Part shown: piece after piece, positions 1 through 13,451 of the stretch
How positions within the stretch are numbered: position 1 is the first letter of the stretch
Layout of the letters: every line of letters begins with the position of its first letter
NCBI GenBank assembly: GCA_000004695.1
Contig: CM000154.2
Coordinates: 4,256,001 to 4,320,000 of the forward strand
DNA: 64,000 nt
Origin: Dictyostelium discoideum
Taxonomy: Eukaryota
Direction of reading: 5' to 3'
Notes under the pieces: model-generated
The model's database searches: none
Told to the model about the DNA's origin: nothing
Seen by the model: only the letters and a program-made list of their open reading frames with translations
Made by a program: the position numbers and the translations under genes

Positions 1-7
1 TTATTAA

Positions 8-53
<46 letters not shown>

Positions 54-181
54 TTGTTTTTCTTGTTGTTGTTGTTCTGGTTGTTGTTGTTGTTGTTCTG
101 GTTGTTGTTCTGTAGTTGTTGTTGTTGGTGCGGTTGTTTTTGTATTTATATTAGTAAGGTCATTTTTATTATGTGCCATCA
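1..181 (-). CDS. 5' part of an unidentified gene running off the left edge. N-terminus MMAHNKNDLTNINTKTTAPTTTTTEQQPEQQQQQPEQQQQEKQNNNN..., Gln/Thr/Asn-rich.
   Basis: Minus-strand ATG at 181-179 (second ATG at 178-176) with an open frame to position 1. An upstream in-frame stop lies near 199. Low-complexity CAA/AAT coding typical of Dictyostelium. No homology recognised. Confidence 0.3.
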
Positions 182-1236
182 TTTTTAAATTTTTAATTAG
201 TACTATTATTATTTATTGTTAATTATTTATTTATTTATTTTTTATTATTGCAAAAATTATAATTATTATTATTATTTATATTTCTTTATATTTATTTATT
301 TAAATTAATATTTTAAATTATTAAATTTTTTAAAGTTTAAATTGTTTTTTTTTTTTTCTTAAAAAAAGTTTTAAATTATTTGTTCATTTAAAAGACAATA
401 TTATTATATTTGATATATATATATATAAATTTATATAAAAAAAAAAAAAAAAAAGAAGAAAAAAAATAAAAATTATAAGGGACAAATAATTAAAATGTTA
501 TAAAAAATTGAGGTTTTTTTTTTTTTAAAAAATTTTTTTGGCGCGAAAATCTTTTTTTTTTTATTTAATTTTTATTTTTTTTATTTTTTTTTTCAATTCC
601 CCTTTTCTCGGACCAAAAGCTTCCATTTAAAAAAAATATAAAATGGATTTTGTATACAAAAAAAAAAAAAAAAAAAAAAATAAAAAAAAATAAATACATT
701 TTTAAATATTACATAATTTTTTATTATTATAATAATTATTATTTTTATTATTTTTTCAATTATCTGTTTAAAAAAAATTTTAAAATGGTTTAAAAAAAAA
801 AAAAAAAATATTTCTTGGTATGTATAAAATAAAATTTATTTTTTTCCATTTTTAATTTATTCTTTTTTTTTATAAGTTTCTTGTTTTATATACCTTTCTC
901 GAATTACCAAATAAGACATCCTTTACATTTTCATTCCAAATTAAAATATATATCTCTATCAAACTTGATAATCACTGGAATATTATTAGTTTATTTTTTT
1001 TCCATTAATGATCTAAATTTATTTTAATATGCCGCTGCCAAAGCCATTTCAAAGACTATCAAGATAAAAAAAAATTAAAAAAAAACAGTTGATCTCGATA
1101 ATCGCACTAAAAAAAAAAAAAAAATAATAAAAAAAATAATAAAAAAAAAAATAAAAATGAAAAAAATAAAAAAAAATAAAAAAATAAAAAAATCTTTTTT
1201 GTCTTTCACTGTCAGTTAGTTTAAAAACAATTTTTT

Positions 1237-1271
<35 letters not shown>

Positions 1272-1528
1272 CCATATTTTTTAAAATACTATTAAACACC
1301 AATATTCATATATAAAGTATTCATATAACTTTATTTATTGGATTTATAGTTTGTACATTATTTTTCATTTTTTCATTTTTTTTTTTTTTTTTCTCAAAAA
1401 AACCAAAATCAAAAAAAAAAAAAAAAAAATCAAAAAAAAAAAACAACAAAAAACAAAATTAAATAATTATTTGTAATATTACAACACAAACATTTTTATA
1501 TATTTATACACAACATATAAATCTTATT

Positions 1529-1562
<34 letters not shown>

Positions 1563-1565
<3 letters not shown>

Positions 1566-4500
1566 TCAATTTCATTAAAAATTAATATTGTTGGTGCAAA
1601 TACTGTTAAAACATTAAGATTTGCACCAGATATGTGTATTCAAGAATGTTGTACACATATTTTTGAAAAAACAAATGAAGGTGGACCAGATCATGGTTTG
1701 TATCAAGCTCATATTGAAGGTAAACAATCAGCAAGATGGTTAGCAATGGAAAAAACATTACAATTTTATGATATCAATTCAGATCAACAATTAGATTACA
1801 AAAAAAAACATAGACCACAAAAATTCAAATTATTAGATGGTACAATTAAAACTCAATTAGTTGATGAAAGTCAAAATGTTTCTGAAATCGTTAATTCAAT
1901 TTGTAAGAAAATGGGTATTAAAAATCCAGAAGAATATTCATTAATGAATTCAGGTAAATTATTAATTATATTTTAAAAAAAGGTTCATGATAATATAATA
2001 TAATATAATATAAATACATATTAATTTTTTTTTTTATTTTTTTTTATTTTTTTTTTTATTTTTTTTTTAAAAGCTGGTGCATGGTTAAATAATACACAAA
2101 TTTTATCAGAACAAGGTATTTCTGAAAATGACATTACAGTTTTAATGAAAAAATTCTTTTTTAATGATGCAAATATTGATAGAAATGATCCAGTTCAATT
2201 ACATCTTTTATTCGTTCAATGTAGAGATGGTATTATTGAAGGTAAATATCCAACTCAAAGAGAAGAATCATTGGCATTATCAGCACTTCAATGTCAAGTT
2301 CAATTAGGTGATTATAATCCAACAAAACATGTTCCTGGATTTTTAACGTAAGTAAAGTTTAATGACTTTTTTTTTTTTTTTTTTAAAAGAATAATTAAAT
2401 TAATTTTTTTATAATTATTAGATTAAAAGATTATTTACCATTACAATGGTTAAAATCAAAAGGTGTTGAAAAGGATATTTTTAAAGAACATAAGAAATTA
2501 GTATCAATGACAGAAGTTAATGCAAAGTATAGATATGTACAATTGTGTCGTTCATTAAAGACTTATGGTATGACATCATTTGATGTAAAGATTAGAGAAT
2601 ATGGTAAGAAGAAAATGGTTGATCATATTTTAGGTATTACAAGAGAGCAAATGTTATTGATGTTAACTGAGACTAAGGAAGTGATAATGACACATCCATT
2701 GAAACATATAAAGAGATGGGCTGCAACTGATAAGAGTTTTACTTTGGATTTTGGTGATCATGAAACTGAGTATTTGATTTTACAAACCCCAAATCCTGAA
2801 CAAATCAGTCAGTTAATCGGTGGTTACATTGAGATTATTATGAAGGCCAGAAAGGATTCATCCAAAGTGATAGAGAAGGAAGATACAGCAATGGGTGTTG
2901 AGGAGGTGATGGCTGTCAAGAAAGGCTCCGTTGCTAATAGTTCATCATACATGGGGTACGGTGCAGGTGGGGGCGGTGCCAATCAGTTGCAACCATCCCA
3001 ACAAATTCCAATCACTGATTTAAAGAGTGCTTTACGTGCAACTGATCTTTTAATTGGTGAATTGGGTGGATTTAGAAGTTCCACTGGTGCAACTCCACAG
3101 AATTTCACACGTTCATTCACTACATTAACACCACAACAATTTAAACATCAATTGATCTCTCATACAAATGCAATGGCAATTGCAGCACAAGGTTTATTCC
3201 AAGATATGACAACCCCACCACCAACTGGTGGCATTGCAGCATTCCAACAAGCTATTACCAAACGTGCACAAATCATTATGGCTGAATTGAATACAGTTGG
3301 TACTGCAGCCAAGAATGCCGGTTATTTCCCTGACATGGCAAGTTTCTCTGATGAAATCATTGGTGTAGCTACAAAATTATCAGAATCTATGGCACGTCTT
3401 CTTGCAATTGGTTCAACTATTCAAGGTACAGATTGTGATGAAAAATCACAAAAAGCAGCACAAACTGAAATTTTCAATGTACAATCATTGGTTACATTAA
3501 TGATGGCAGCATGTGATAATGAATATGTCACTGATTCAAGTAGTAAGTTACTCATTGAATGTGCAAAGAATGTTTCAGCAGCAATTGCTGATATGTTGGT
3601 AGTTGGTAATAGTAAAGTTGAATTCATCGATGATGAATTATTATTAGGTCAAATTCAAAACACATTAAAAAGCACTTCCCTCACATCGGATGAATTATTA
3701 TCAACCACTGAAAATTTAGCATCAACTTCATGTCATCCAGAATCACGTAAACAAATCACCAACATCACTCAATCAGCATTGAATCAAAGTAATGCATTGT
3801 TAACTGCATTCAAATCTGGTGAAATTCCAGAACAAGATTATAACTTGCTCAATGCTAGAGTTTCAGATATTATCGAATCTGTTAATTTAATAAACTATGC
3901 TATGGATTGTTCAGAGAGGGAATATAAAATCTCTATCACTTCTAATGGTGTTGAAGTTGGTGAGGGTGAAATTCTCGCTGGTACAAATTTAACTGAGGAA
4001 TTTGCAACCGTTGCCAATGATTTAACAAATGCTATCATGACAATGAGATCAAATTTAAAGAATCCAGACACCGTTATGGAATCCTATAAAATGGTAGCAG
4101 GTCATGCCAATCGTTTAATCACTTGTACTAAAGCAGTTGCATCACGTGCTGATACTCAATCACAACAACGTCTTTTCAATTCAACCAATGCAGTATTTGA
4201 ATCTGTAGCAAATCTTTCCAATCATTGTCGTTCCTATATTAAAAATCCAGAACAAGAAGCACACACATTCCAAATCGTAGAAACTGCTGGTCATTTACAA
4301 TTCCTCACTCAAAATATGTCAACTGATGCTGGTAAGATTGCATGTATCACAAGTTTACGTGATTATTCCAAAGAGATGATTGCTCAAGTTAGTTCATTAA
4401 TTTCAACAAGTCGTACATCCTCTCAATATTTACCAGATGCAAATGGTATCACCTTATTGAAGGGTGCAAAAGATGTATCTGATGCATTATCTAAATTAAT

Positions 4501-7500
4501 GGTTGGTATTAAAAAGGTTGTATTAGATCCAAAATCTGAAGCAACCCAAATGGAACTTTTAACATTGGCTCAAAAACAATCACTTCCACCAATGAATTTA
4601 GTTTCCACTTGTAAAAGATTTGCACCAAAGATTTCAGATCCAAATCAAAAACAAAGACTTATTTTCTCTTCAGATGCTGCCGCTCAATCTGTTCAAAAAT
4701 TAATGAAAGCTGGTGAAGCCTATAAAAGAATTTGTGGTCATATAGAAATTGAAGAAGCTTTAGAAGTATTCGATTCAACTATTGCCGATTTAGAAACAAC
4801 TGAAATTGCAATTGCTGGTGGTTTCTTAGATGCAGTTAGTGGTACAACTCGTGAAGGTGCTGCTGAATTATTAATGGTTGCAATTAAAGATTTAAATAAA
4901 GTAAACAATGAATTGGTAACTGATATTCGTGTTAATCCAGCAAGATTAGGTGATTTAGTTAAAAGTGCAACTGAATCCGCTTCATCAGTTGCCATCTCTG
5001 CTAAAACTTTAATTTGTGCTACCACTGGAAAACAAGTTCAAAAGAAATTAATGGGTATTACCAAACAATTGATGATTGATATGGAACAATTAATTCGTGC
5101 ATCTCGTTCAGTAGCATCAAATCCAAATGATGCAGCATCTGAATTACTCTTGGATGCAGCATCCAATGATGTATCAATTAGTACAGCAGCATTGGTTGGT
5201 TCAACTGCAAATGTAGATTGTAAGGAATTGGATGAAGCCTCTGCTGATATCTCAAATTTACTCTCATTGAAAATGGGTTCCCTCGAATCAATTCTATCAC
5301 AACCAACTGAAGAATTTGCTTTCTACGTTGAAGAGATTGCTTCATCAACTAAAGCATTAAATGCTGCAAGTCAACAAGTTGTTGCAATGGCACGTAATAA
5401 AAATCTTAAAGGTTTAGGAGCATCCGCTAAAATCACAGCATCAGCATTGAGTACATTGGTTAGTCATGCTCAAAATGCAATTGTATTAACAGAGAATGAA
5501 GCTACAAAGAATGCAATTTTAGCATCAACCGTTGCATTGGGTGGTCAAATCATTGGTTTATTAGATTTCTCAAAAGCTCGTATTGCAAATTACTAAGATC
5601 CAATCTATGATCAAAATTTAATCAATCAAGCAAAATCAGTAGAGGATCATTTGGTAAAGGTTGGTCGTTCATTGGGTGGTGATGGTAATAATACAATTTG
5701 TGATGAAGCTGTCGATCGTATCATTGAAGCCACTCGTTCATTGGATAAAACTATTTTACCAGATACAAGTGGTTTACAAACCAATGCACATTTAGAGATG
5801 TTACATCAACAATCTCTACTTGCAATTACCCAAGCATCAAAGAAACTTGGTTCAATTACATCTAATTTAGTAAACTCAAAGAATAACTCCGATTTGGTTG
5901 GATCTGGTTCAACTGATGCTGCTGAAGCAATCATTGAAATGATTGAAGCTGCCAAACATGTTGTACACTGCTCCATTTCAACCTCATCACCAGATATTCT
6001 CTTACCTGCTAAATCAATTTTAGATGCCTCTCAAATGCTCACAGCTAATCAAGCCGATGTAAATCATGTACTTAGTCATGCTCGTACCATTGCAGCTTGT
6101 ACTCAACAATTGTTAGGTATCACTAGAGAACGTGCTTCACAATTCAATGAACAAGATGAACAACAAGTACAAGTTCGTGATGGTATTGTTAAATCAACTC
6201 AACAATTAGCTCATGCCACCAGTAGTTTAGCACGTGCTGTTAAATCTGTAACCTCTAAAGAACCAGGTGCCAAAGCAATGATCTCTCAATCTTTGAAAGA
6301 TCTTGAATCTGCAATTAATAATCTTTTAATCACATCATCTGTACCAGCTAGTGAACGTGGTATTGGTATTGCCGATTTCAATAAACTCATGTCAACTTGT
6401 CGTTCAGTTTCAACAGCTTCATCTCAATTGATCATTTCCGCTTCTTCATGTTCACAAAAACCAAAAGATATCGAACTCTCTTCAATTCTCTCAGAGAACG
6501 CTGTATTAATGACAAATTCATTGAAAGATATCATCAAAGTAACTTCATCAATGATGCCAGGTGTAAACTTTTGTGAAGAAGCTATTGAAATCGCTCAACG
6601 TGCAATTAGTGATCTTTCAAGTGTTGCACTTTCAGTTGCAGTTGGTTCATTCGATTCATCTGCCAATAATAAAGAAGGTTTATCACATGTTGAATCTCAA
6701 GAGAGATTGGTTGATGTAACTAAAAAAATTGGTACTGGTATTAATGATCTATTGAAAGCATCAAGACAATCACCAGAAGCCATTGGTATCTCTGCCAAGG
6801 CACTCTCATTCATTGCACCATCATTGGTTAATACTACTAAACCTGCACTTGCAACTGCACCAGATGCTGATGCTCAAAATGATTTAGTCACAGAATCAAA
6901 GAATGTTGGTGACAGTATCTTGAAATTATGTCAAGCTTCATTGATTGCCTCTTCAAATCCATCCAAAGAAACCTATCAAATCATTGTTAATAAATGTGTT
7001 GACGCTTCAGAGGCAATGAGTAAATTGGTCGCTCAAATTTCATCAGGTGTTAATCTCTATAAAGAACTTGATGAATCACTCGATCGTATTCGTAAATCAG
7101 TTGTTCAAACATCTGCCAAGGATGCACCAAAAGATAGTGAAAATAGAGGTTATCAAGAATATAAAGAAGAGTTATCCAATCTTACAAAGAATCTCGCCTT
7201 ATCACTTAAAACCATTGTTGCAACTGATGGTAATAATCTTGTATCAATTTCAACTATCTCTAAAGATATCGCCAATTATATCTCTGATATCGCTCATGTT
7301 TCATCAGCAATTCTTGCAACTACAAGTGATCAAAAGATTAGAGATTCTATCATTACAAGTTCAAGACAAGTCATCGTTTCAACTGGTGATATTGTTAATC
7401 ATATTAAAGTCAATTCAACCGATAAAGCAAATTCATCACAAGCTAAAGTTAACGATAGTTATCGTGCTACCAATGATAATATAACTAGATTCCTCCAATC

Positions 7501-9238
7501 ATTGAAACAAGGTGCAATCGGTGAGATTCTCTCTGATGCCGCCATTGACCAAATTCGTAAGGTTATTTCAGATTTGGATGGCTATAGTTTGTTCGCTGCC
7601 GCTGGTCAATTAGAGAATGATCAATCATCTCAATCAACAATGAATGAAGTTACCAAACAACAACATTTGAAAAATCTTCAAAAAGATACAATCACTCAAG
7701 CTAAATTACTCATTGTTTCAAGTTCGCAATTGGTTGGTTCTTCAAGAGGTACTCAAGAACATTTGGGTTCTGCAACTACTAAAGTTGCCAATACCGTTTC
7801 ATCATTGGTTAAAACCGCAAAAGATATTGCATCAGTTTTAGCTGATACCACATCACAACAAGATATCCTCTCTGCAAGTAAAGCATTATCTATTTCATCT
7901 CAACAAATGGTTTTGGCCACTAAAGATGCTCAACGTTTCAAAAAGGATGCTACTGCATTCCGTTCACTTGGTAAATCTGCTGAAGCTGTCGCCGAAGCTG
8001 TTGGTCAATTCCTCACATCAGTTTATACCGCTATCTCTGATGCTGGTAAAGGTATTAAAGAATTGGAGAAATCAATTGTACAAGTTGCAAACTACCACGA
8101 AAAACCAGATACTGTACTTAGCAATAAAGATGCCACTGCTGAAATTTTCGCTCAATCCGCTAGAGATTTGGCTAAATCTTCAATTGAAATCGTTACATCC
8201 TACACTTCTTCTCAAGATGATCTCGTTAAATCATCACAAGCCGTTGTTTCCAACGTTCAATCATTCATTTCCAATAGTAAAGGTGTCATTGCTTTATTGG
8301 GTAACGGTAATGATGATTTGAAATCTAAAGTTTTGGAGAATGTTAAACAAACAACTGGTGATATGTTAGCCTTGTTACAATGTGTTAAAGATCAAGATAA
8401 GAATGGTTCAACAAGTATTGCTGATGCTACTCGTTCAATCTCTGATCGTGTTCATAGTGTTGTCACTTTATCAAAATCATTACCAGGTGGTCAAAACATT
8501 GTCGTAGAGGAAGATAACGTACTCGAAGATCTTGAAGCACTCGCTGAGGATGAATTATCTGCATGTGCTAGATCCATCGAAGAAGCTACCGCTAAATTAA
8601 TTGCTGCCAGACCACAATCTAAATCTAAAAATGGTAAATTGGATGCTGAAGGTGTTGCTGCAACAATCGTAGATGCTAGTAGTGCAATTGCTAAAGCTGT
8701 TGCCAAACTTGTCAATTCCGCTGCCGTCGCTCAATCAAAGAGAAGAGAAGATCAAATTGCAAGTGGTTCAGTTTATAAAGCTGATCCAACTTGGTCAAAT
8801 GGTTTAATTTCAGCCGCTAAAGGTGTAGGTGCTGCAACTCATCGTTTAGTTGAAGCTGCAATGAAATCTGCAACTGGTAAAGCTGAAGAAGAAGAACTCA
8901 TTGCAACTGCACGTTCTGTAGCCGCTGCAACTGCCTTATTAGTCTCTGCTTCTCGTGCTAAATCTGGTGATGACTATCAATCTCAAGCTGCCCATTCACA
9001 TCTTTCAACTGCAGCTAGACAAGTCGCTTCCGCTACATCTGATCTTGTAGCTGCTGCTAAAGCTGCAACAATCTTTGACGAACAACAACAAGAAGAAGAA
9101 CAAGAACAATTCAATTTCACTGGTTCAAAAGTAAAAGAATTAGAACAACAAATGAAGATTCTAAAATTAGAAAAAGAATTAGAAACTGCAAGAAGACAAA
9201 TGTTAAATTCAAGAAAACAAAATTATAATAAAAATTAA
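1563..9238 (+). CDS. talA: Talin A-type (filopodin-like) cytoskeletal protein. N-terminal FERM domain, long helical-bundle rod, C-terminal I/LWEQ actin-binding module.
   Basis: Exons 1563-1953, 2074-2347 and 2422-9238. Donors are GTAAAT at 1954 and GTAAGT at 2348; acceptors are AG at 2072-73 and 2420-21; all phases are consistent. FERM F3 motif THPLKHIKRWAATDKSFTLDFGD. The I/LWEQ module is around 8760-9060 (SVYKADPTWSNGLISAAKGVGAATHRLVEAA...). There is no villin headpiece, so this is talA-type, not talB. An in-frame TAA at 5594-5596 splits exon 3 into the two ORFs listed in the track; see findings. Confidence 0.7.
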
Positions 9239-9294
9239 AAAATAAAATAAAATAAATTTTTAAAAAAACTAAAAAATAAATAATATTTATATAA

Positions 9295-10800
9295 TTAATT
9301 TTTTATTTTTGTAAATTTTGCAATAAAGAAACCAATTGTACCAATATTTGAATCTGATGGATCAAATCTTGAAACTAATTTACATTGTTGTTCAGTCAAA
9401 CCACAATTTGGTAGACCTGGTTGAGAGATATGAGGAATTTGTGGAATTAATTTCATTTCTGGATAATTATTTAAAAGATATGAAACATTTAATTCATTTT
9501 CTTCTGGATTAATTGAACATGTTGAATAAACTAAAATACCACCTGGTTTTAATAATGAAACTGCTTGGTCAATTAATTTCTTTTGAAATTCTGATGAATT
9601 TGTTAAATCAACTAAACTACTTGATTCAATTAAACGTGGACGTGATCCAAGTCCAGAACATGGTCCATCTAATAAAACTTTATCAAATGAATTACTTTGA
9701 AATCTAATTTTATCCAATGGATCTTGTTGATTTTCTTTTGTTAATTTTGATGAATCTTTTGCTAAACATGTTACATATTTATCTAATGATAATCTTTTAC
9801 ATAAATCAATAATCTTTTTAACTTTTCCTTTATTTTTATCTAATGCAAATATTTCAGTTTTAATTTCATTATTGTTTTGATATTTTTGATTATTTTGATT
9901 ATTATTAATTTCAAATTGTTGGATTAATGATGCAATTAATGTAGTTTTACCACCTGGAGCAGCACACATATCAATAATTTTATCACCTAATTTTGGTTCT
10001 AATTGATAAACTGTATAGATTGATGGTAAATGTTGTAAAAACATTTTATCCTCTAATACTGAATTTAAAGGTGGACAAACATATAATCTTTCAGTCATTT
10101 CAATTGCAACACCAACTCTAGTTTGATGATAATCATCTCTATCCAATAAACTTATACCATTACCAATGAATGCACATTTCTCTTTGAAACAATCTTCAAA
10201 TATTTCACCTTTCGAAACTCTGCTATCAATTGTTACAAATACTGATACCATATTACCTTTTTTAATATATTTATTTGAACCTAATACACCAATTGAAAAT
10301 ATATTACTACCCCTTAATACTGCTTCACCACAAATTAAATCAACAATAATTTGTGGATAAATTGGTTTTGGTATTAATGGTCCAATTGTTTTTATAAATA
10401 TTGTATCTTTTGAAATTTGATTTTTAATTTCATCATTATTATCATTATCATTATTATTATTTTCAATATTATTTAAAATATCATTAAATGATTTAAAATT
10501 TGTAAAAATTTCTTGATTTTCTATTGATTTTTCATTGGTTTTGAAATGATTTGAAAGGTCAATTAATAATTTATCTTTATTGGTATTCATTGTATTAACT
10601 CTGATTGTTGTATATAAAAAAGTTTGAGTCATTGATTTTTGAATTCTTTCCATATGTTCTTTTCCATAATATTTAATTAAATGATTAAGTACTTCAATAT
10701 CTTTAAATTCCATTAAACATTCATTTGTATATTCATCATCTCCAATTTTCTTAAAATTCATAATTTTCATTTCATTTAAAACATGATTTAAATCTTTCAT
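9295..10800 (-). CDS. NOL1/NOP2/Sun-family RNA (cytosine-5)-methyltransferase with a PUA domain (NSUN6-like).
   Basis: Single 501-aa ORF. PUA-like segment ICGEAVLRGSNIFSIGVL. SAM-binding motif DMCAAPGGKTT. Catalytic motifs DGPCSGLG and TCS. Convergent with talin, with 56 bp between the stop codons. Confidence 0.7.
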   Translation of the reverse strand: MKDLNHVLNEMKIMNFKKIGDDEYTNECLMEFKDIEVLNHLIKYYGKEHMERIQKSMTQTFLYTTIRVNTMNTNKDKLLIDLSNHFKTNEKSIENQEIFTNFKSFNDILNNIENNNNDNDNNDEIKNQISKDTIFIKTIGPLIPKPIYPQIIVDLICGEAVLRGSNIFSIGVLGSNKYIKKGNMVSVFVTIDSRVSKGEIFEDCFKEKCAFIGNGISLLDRDDYHQTRVGVAIEMTERLYVCPPLNSVLEDKMFLQHLPSIYTVYQLEPKLGDKIIDMCAAPGGKTTLIASLIQQFEINNNQNNQKYQNNNEIKTEIFALDKNKGKVKKIIDLCKRLSLDKYVTCLAKDSSKLTKENQQDPLDKIRFQSNSFDKVLLDGPCSGLGSRPRLIESSSLVDLTNSSEFQKKLIDQAVSLLKPGGILVYSTCSINPEENELNVSYLLNNYPEMKLIPQIPHISQPGLPNCGLTEQQCKLVSRFDPSDSNIGTIGFFIAKFTKIKN

Positions 10801-11109
10801 TTTTATTTTTTATTTTTTATTTTTTATTTTTTATTTTATTTTTATTTTTATTTTTTATTTTTTTATTATTAATTTAAGGATTTAAAAAAAAAAAATTGTT
10901 TGTATCTTTAAATTTAATATTCATTAATTAAATTTAGATTATTTTTAGAAAAAAAAAAAAAAAAAAAATTAATTTCTTTTTTTTTATTTTTTTTATTTTT
11001 TTTATTTTTTTTCTCAAAACAAAAAACCGACAAAAAAAGCGAAAGACGATTTTTTTTTTTTTTTTTTTTTTTCAAAATAATTATAATTTTAGATAATAAT
11101 AAAAATAAA

Positions 11110-12820
11110 ATGGATGTACTTGTAGGTTGTTCAACTGGTATTAATAAAAGTAATGTAAACAAGATTTTTTTTTTTTTTTTTTAATTATATCTTAAGATTA
11201 TTAACTTTTTTTTTTTTTTTATAGTTTATAATATTCATAAAAAAACACCAACAGGTTTATATGGTGCATTAAATACAACATCAGAATTAAATGTAATGAC
11301 ATTTGGTTGGAATTCAGTTGAAAATAATGAAGATTATGTATTTTATGGATATTCAAATGGTATTTTAAAATATTGGAATCAAAAAGAGAAACAATTAATT
11401 GGTGAAATTGATTATGGTCAATCAATTAAAGCAATTCATCCATTGAATAATGATAAATTATTAGTAGCATTAGAGAATGGTTTAGTTGATGTTAAAACTT
11501 TAACAGCACCAATTACAACTCAATTAGCTCCAATGAATTTACCAACATTAAATAAAAAAAAGAGTCCAGCAGCAGCAGCCGCCGCCTCAACAGTAGGAAA
11601 GAATAATAAATCAAAACAAGTCATTGTTGAACCAGTTAATACTCAAAGTTTTTCATTAAATGTTGCAACTAATTTATCAGGTTTTGCAATGAATCCATCA
11701 AATGATAAATTTGCATTTGGTGGTAAAGATGTAAATTTAACCATTTGGGATCTTGAAAAACAAGTTAAAACCTATTCAGCCAAATTTAAACATGACTTTT
11801 TAAATCTTCAAGAACCAGTTTCAATCAATGTTGTAAAATACATGAATGATGATAAAATTTTAATTGGTAGTGATTTTAGAATAAAAGCTTATGATTTACG
11901 TTCAAAAACTAATAGATCTTCTTTCTTGGACGTTTCATTTTCAAAACATCCAATTCAATCAATTCAATATACAAATCAAAAAGAACAGTATGTTTTTAAA
12001 TTTAAAAAAGATATTATTAAAAAAAAAAAAAAAAAAAAAAAAGAATAATTATAATTATATAAAATATTAATATTTATTATTTTTTATTATTATTAGTTAT
12101 TTCTATGCATCAGATTCAATTGGTAAAGTATTTTGTTATGATGTTAGAACAAGTAGACAAGTTGGTAGTTTCAAAGATAGTGCTGGTAGTGTTAAAGATA
12201 TTGCAATTCATCCAACTTTACCATTATTAGCAACAGTTGGTTTAGATAGACATCTTAGAGTTTATAATTTAGATAATAGAAAAATGTTACATAAAATTTT
12301 CTTAAAACAAAGACTTTCTTGTGTATTATTCTCAAAAGAAGAACCAACAAATGAAATTGCTCAAGAAGAAGAAGAAATCTGGAAGAATTTGGAAGAAAAT
12401 AAAAATAGAATTAATAATGATGATAATGATGATAATAATGAAGGAAATGATAAAAAGAAATCAATTTCAATTAAAGTTACTGATAATATGGATTCTGATG
12501 ATGATATTGAAGATGGTGATGATAATGATGTTGAATTCCCAATGGAAGCAGATTCAGATGATTCAGATTTTGATTTAGGTAATTCTGATGATGATAATAT
12601 CTCTGTTAAAAAAGAAAATAAAGGTGATTCAGATGATTCAGATGATGACTCTGACGAAGATGAAAAACCAAAAAGAAAAACACCTGCAAAATCAAATCTC
12701 AGAAATAATAATAATAATAATAATAAAGGTAAAAATAATAAAGGTAAAAATAATAGTAGTACAAAGAAAACTAGTCAAGTTTTGAAAAAGAAATTTGCTG
12801 GTTTAAAAAAAAGAAAGTAA
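11110..12820 (+). CDS. WD40-repeat ribosome-biogenesis factor NSA1/WDR74 homolog.
   Basis: Exons 11110-11149, 11225-11987 and 12097-12820. Donors are GTAATG at 11150 and GTATGT at 11988; acceptors are at 11223-24 and 12095-96. N-terminus MDVLVGCSTGINK resembles yeast Nsa1 MRLLVSCVDSGSIK. VGLDRHLRVYNLDNRKML matches Nsa1 GGLDRYVRIFDIKTNKML. Acidic/basic tail with EEEIWKNLE. Divergently arranged with the NSUN6-like gene. Confidence 0.6.
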
Positions 12821-13451
12821 ATTAAAGTTTATAATAAAAAAAAAAAAAAAATAAAAAAAAACAAAATAAAATAAAATAAAACAATTACAAAAAAAATAAA
12901 AGAAAATAATATTTAAAAAATAATTAAAATAATATTATTTTTAACAATAATTAAATAATCCTTGAAATAAACCACACTTTTTTTTTTTTTTCCATTTTTT
13001 TTTTTTTACTATCATTATTACTAAAAAAAAAAAGATTTTTAAACAAATAGTAGTAAAAACCACATGTGAACACACACATACTTCCCACAATAAAAATAAA
13101 AATAAAGTAATTATAAATTTTGACAAATAAATCCTAACAGAATTAATTTTAATTTAATCAATAAAATAGTACTATTTATTTTAATTAAAATTTCAAAACC
13201 ACATAAAATTATTATAAAAAAAAAAAAAAAAGGATTAATTGTTAACAAATTTTACTTTAAATAATTTATTTTAATAAGATAAGGGTTAATATAAATATTA
13301 AAGTTGAAATTTTTTTTTTTTTTTAATACTCCAAATTATTATATTTGTAAAAGTAATAAACAAATAAATAAATAAATAAATAAATAAATAAAGAAATAAA
13401 TAAATAAATAAATAAATAAAAAAATAAATATATAAAAAAAAAAAAAAAAAA

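Noticed and set aside
7047-8321. ORFs 7047-7484 and 7926-8321 (+) inside talin exon 3 in other frames, and antisense ORFs 3421-3627, 4738-5025 and 8491-8715.
   Set aside because: They lie wholly within the strongly supported talin reading frame. They are low complexity or Leu/Ile-rich, as expected for alternate frames of AT-rich coding DNA.
12321-12785. ORFs 12321-12578 and 12588-12785 (+) overlapping the acidic tail of the NSA1-like gene.
   Set aside because: These are frame-shifted readings of the GAT/GAA-rich acidic region; the in-frame WD40 gene explains the sequence.
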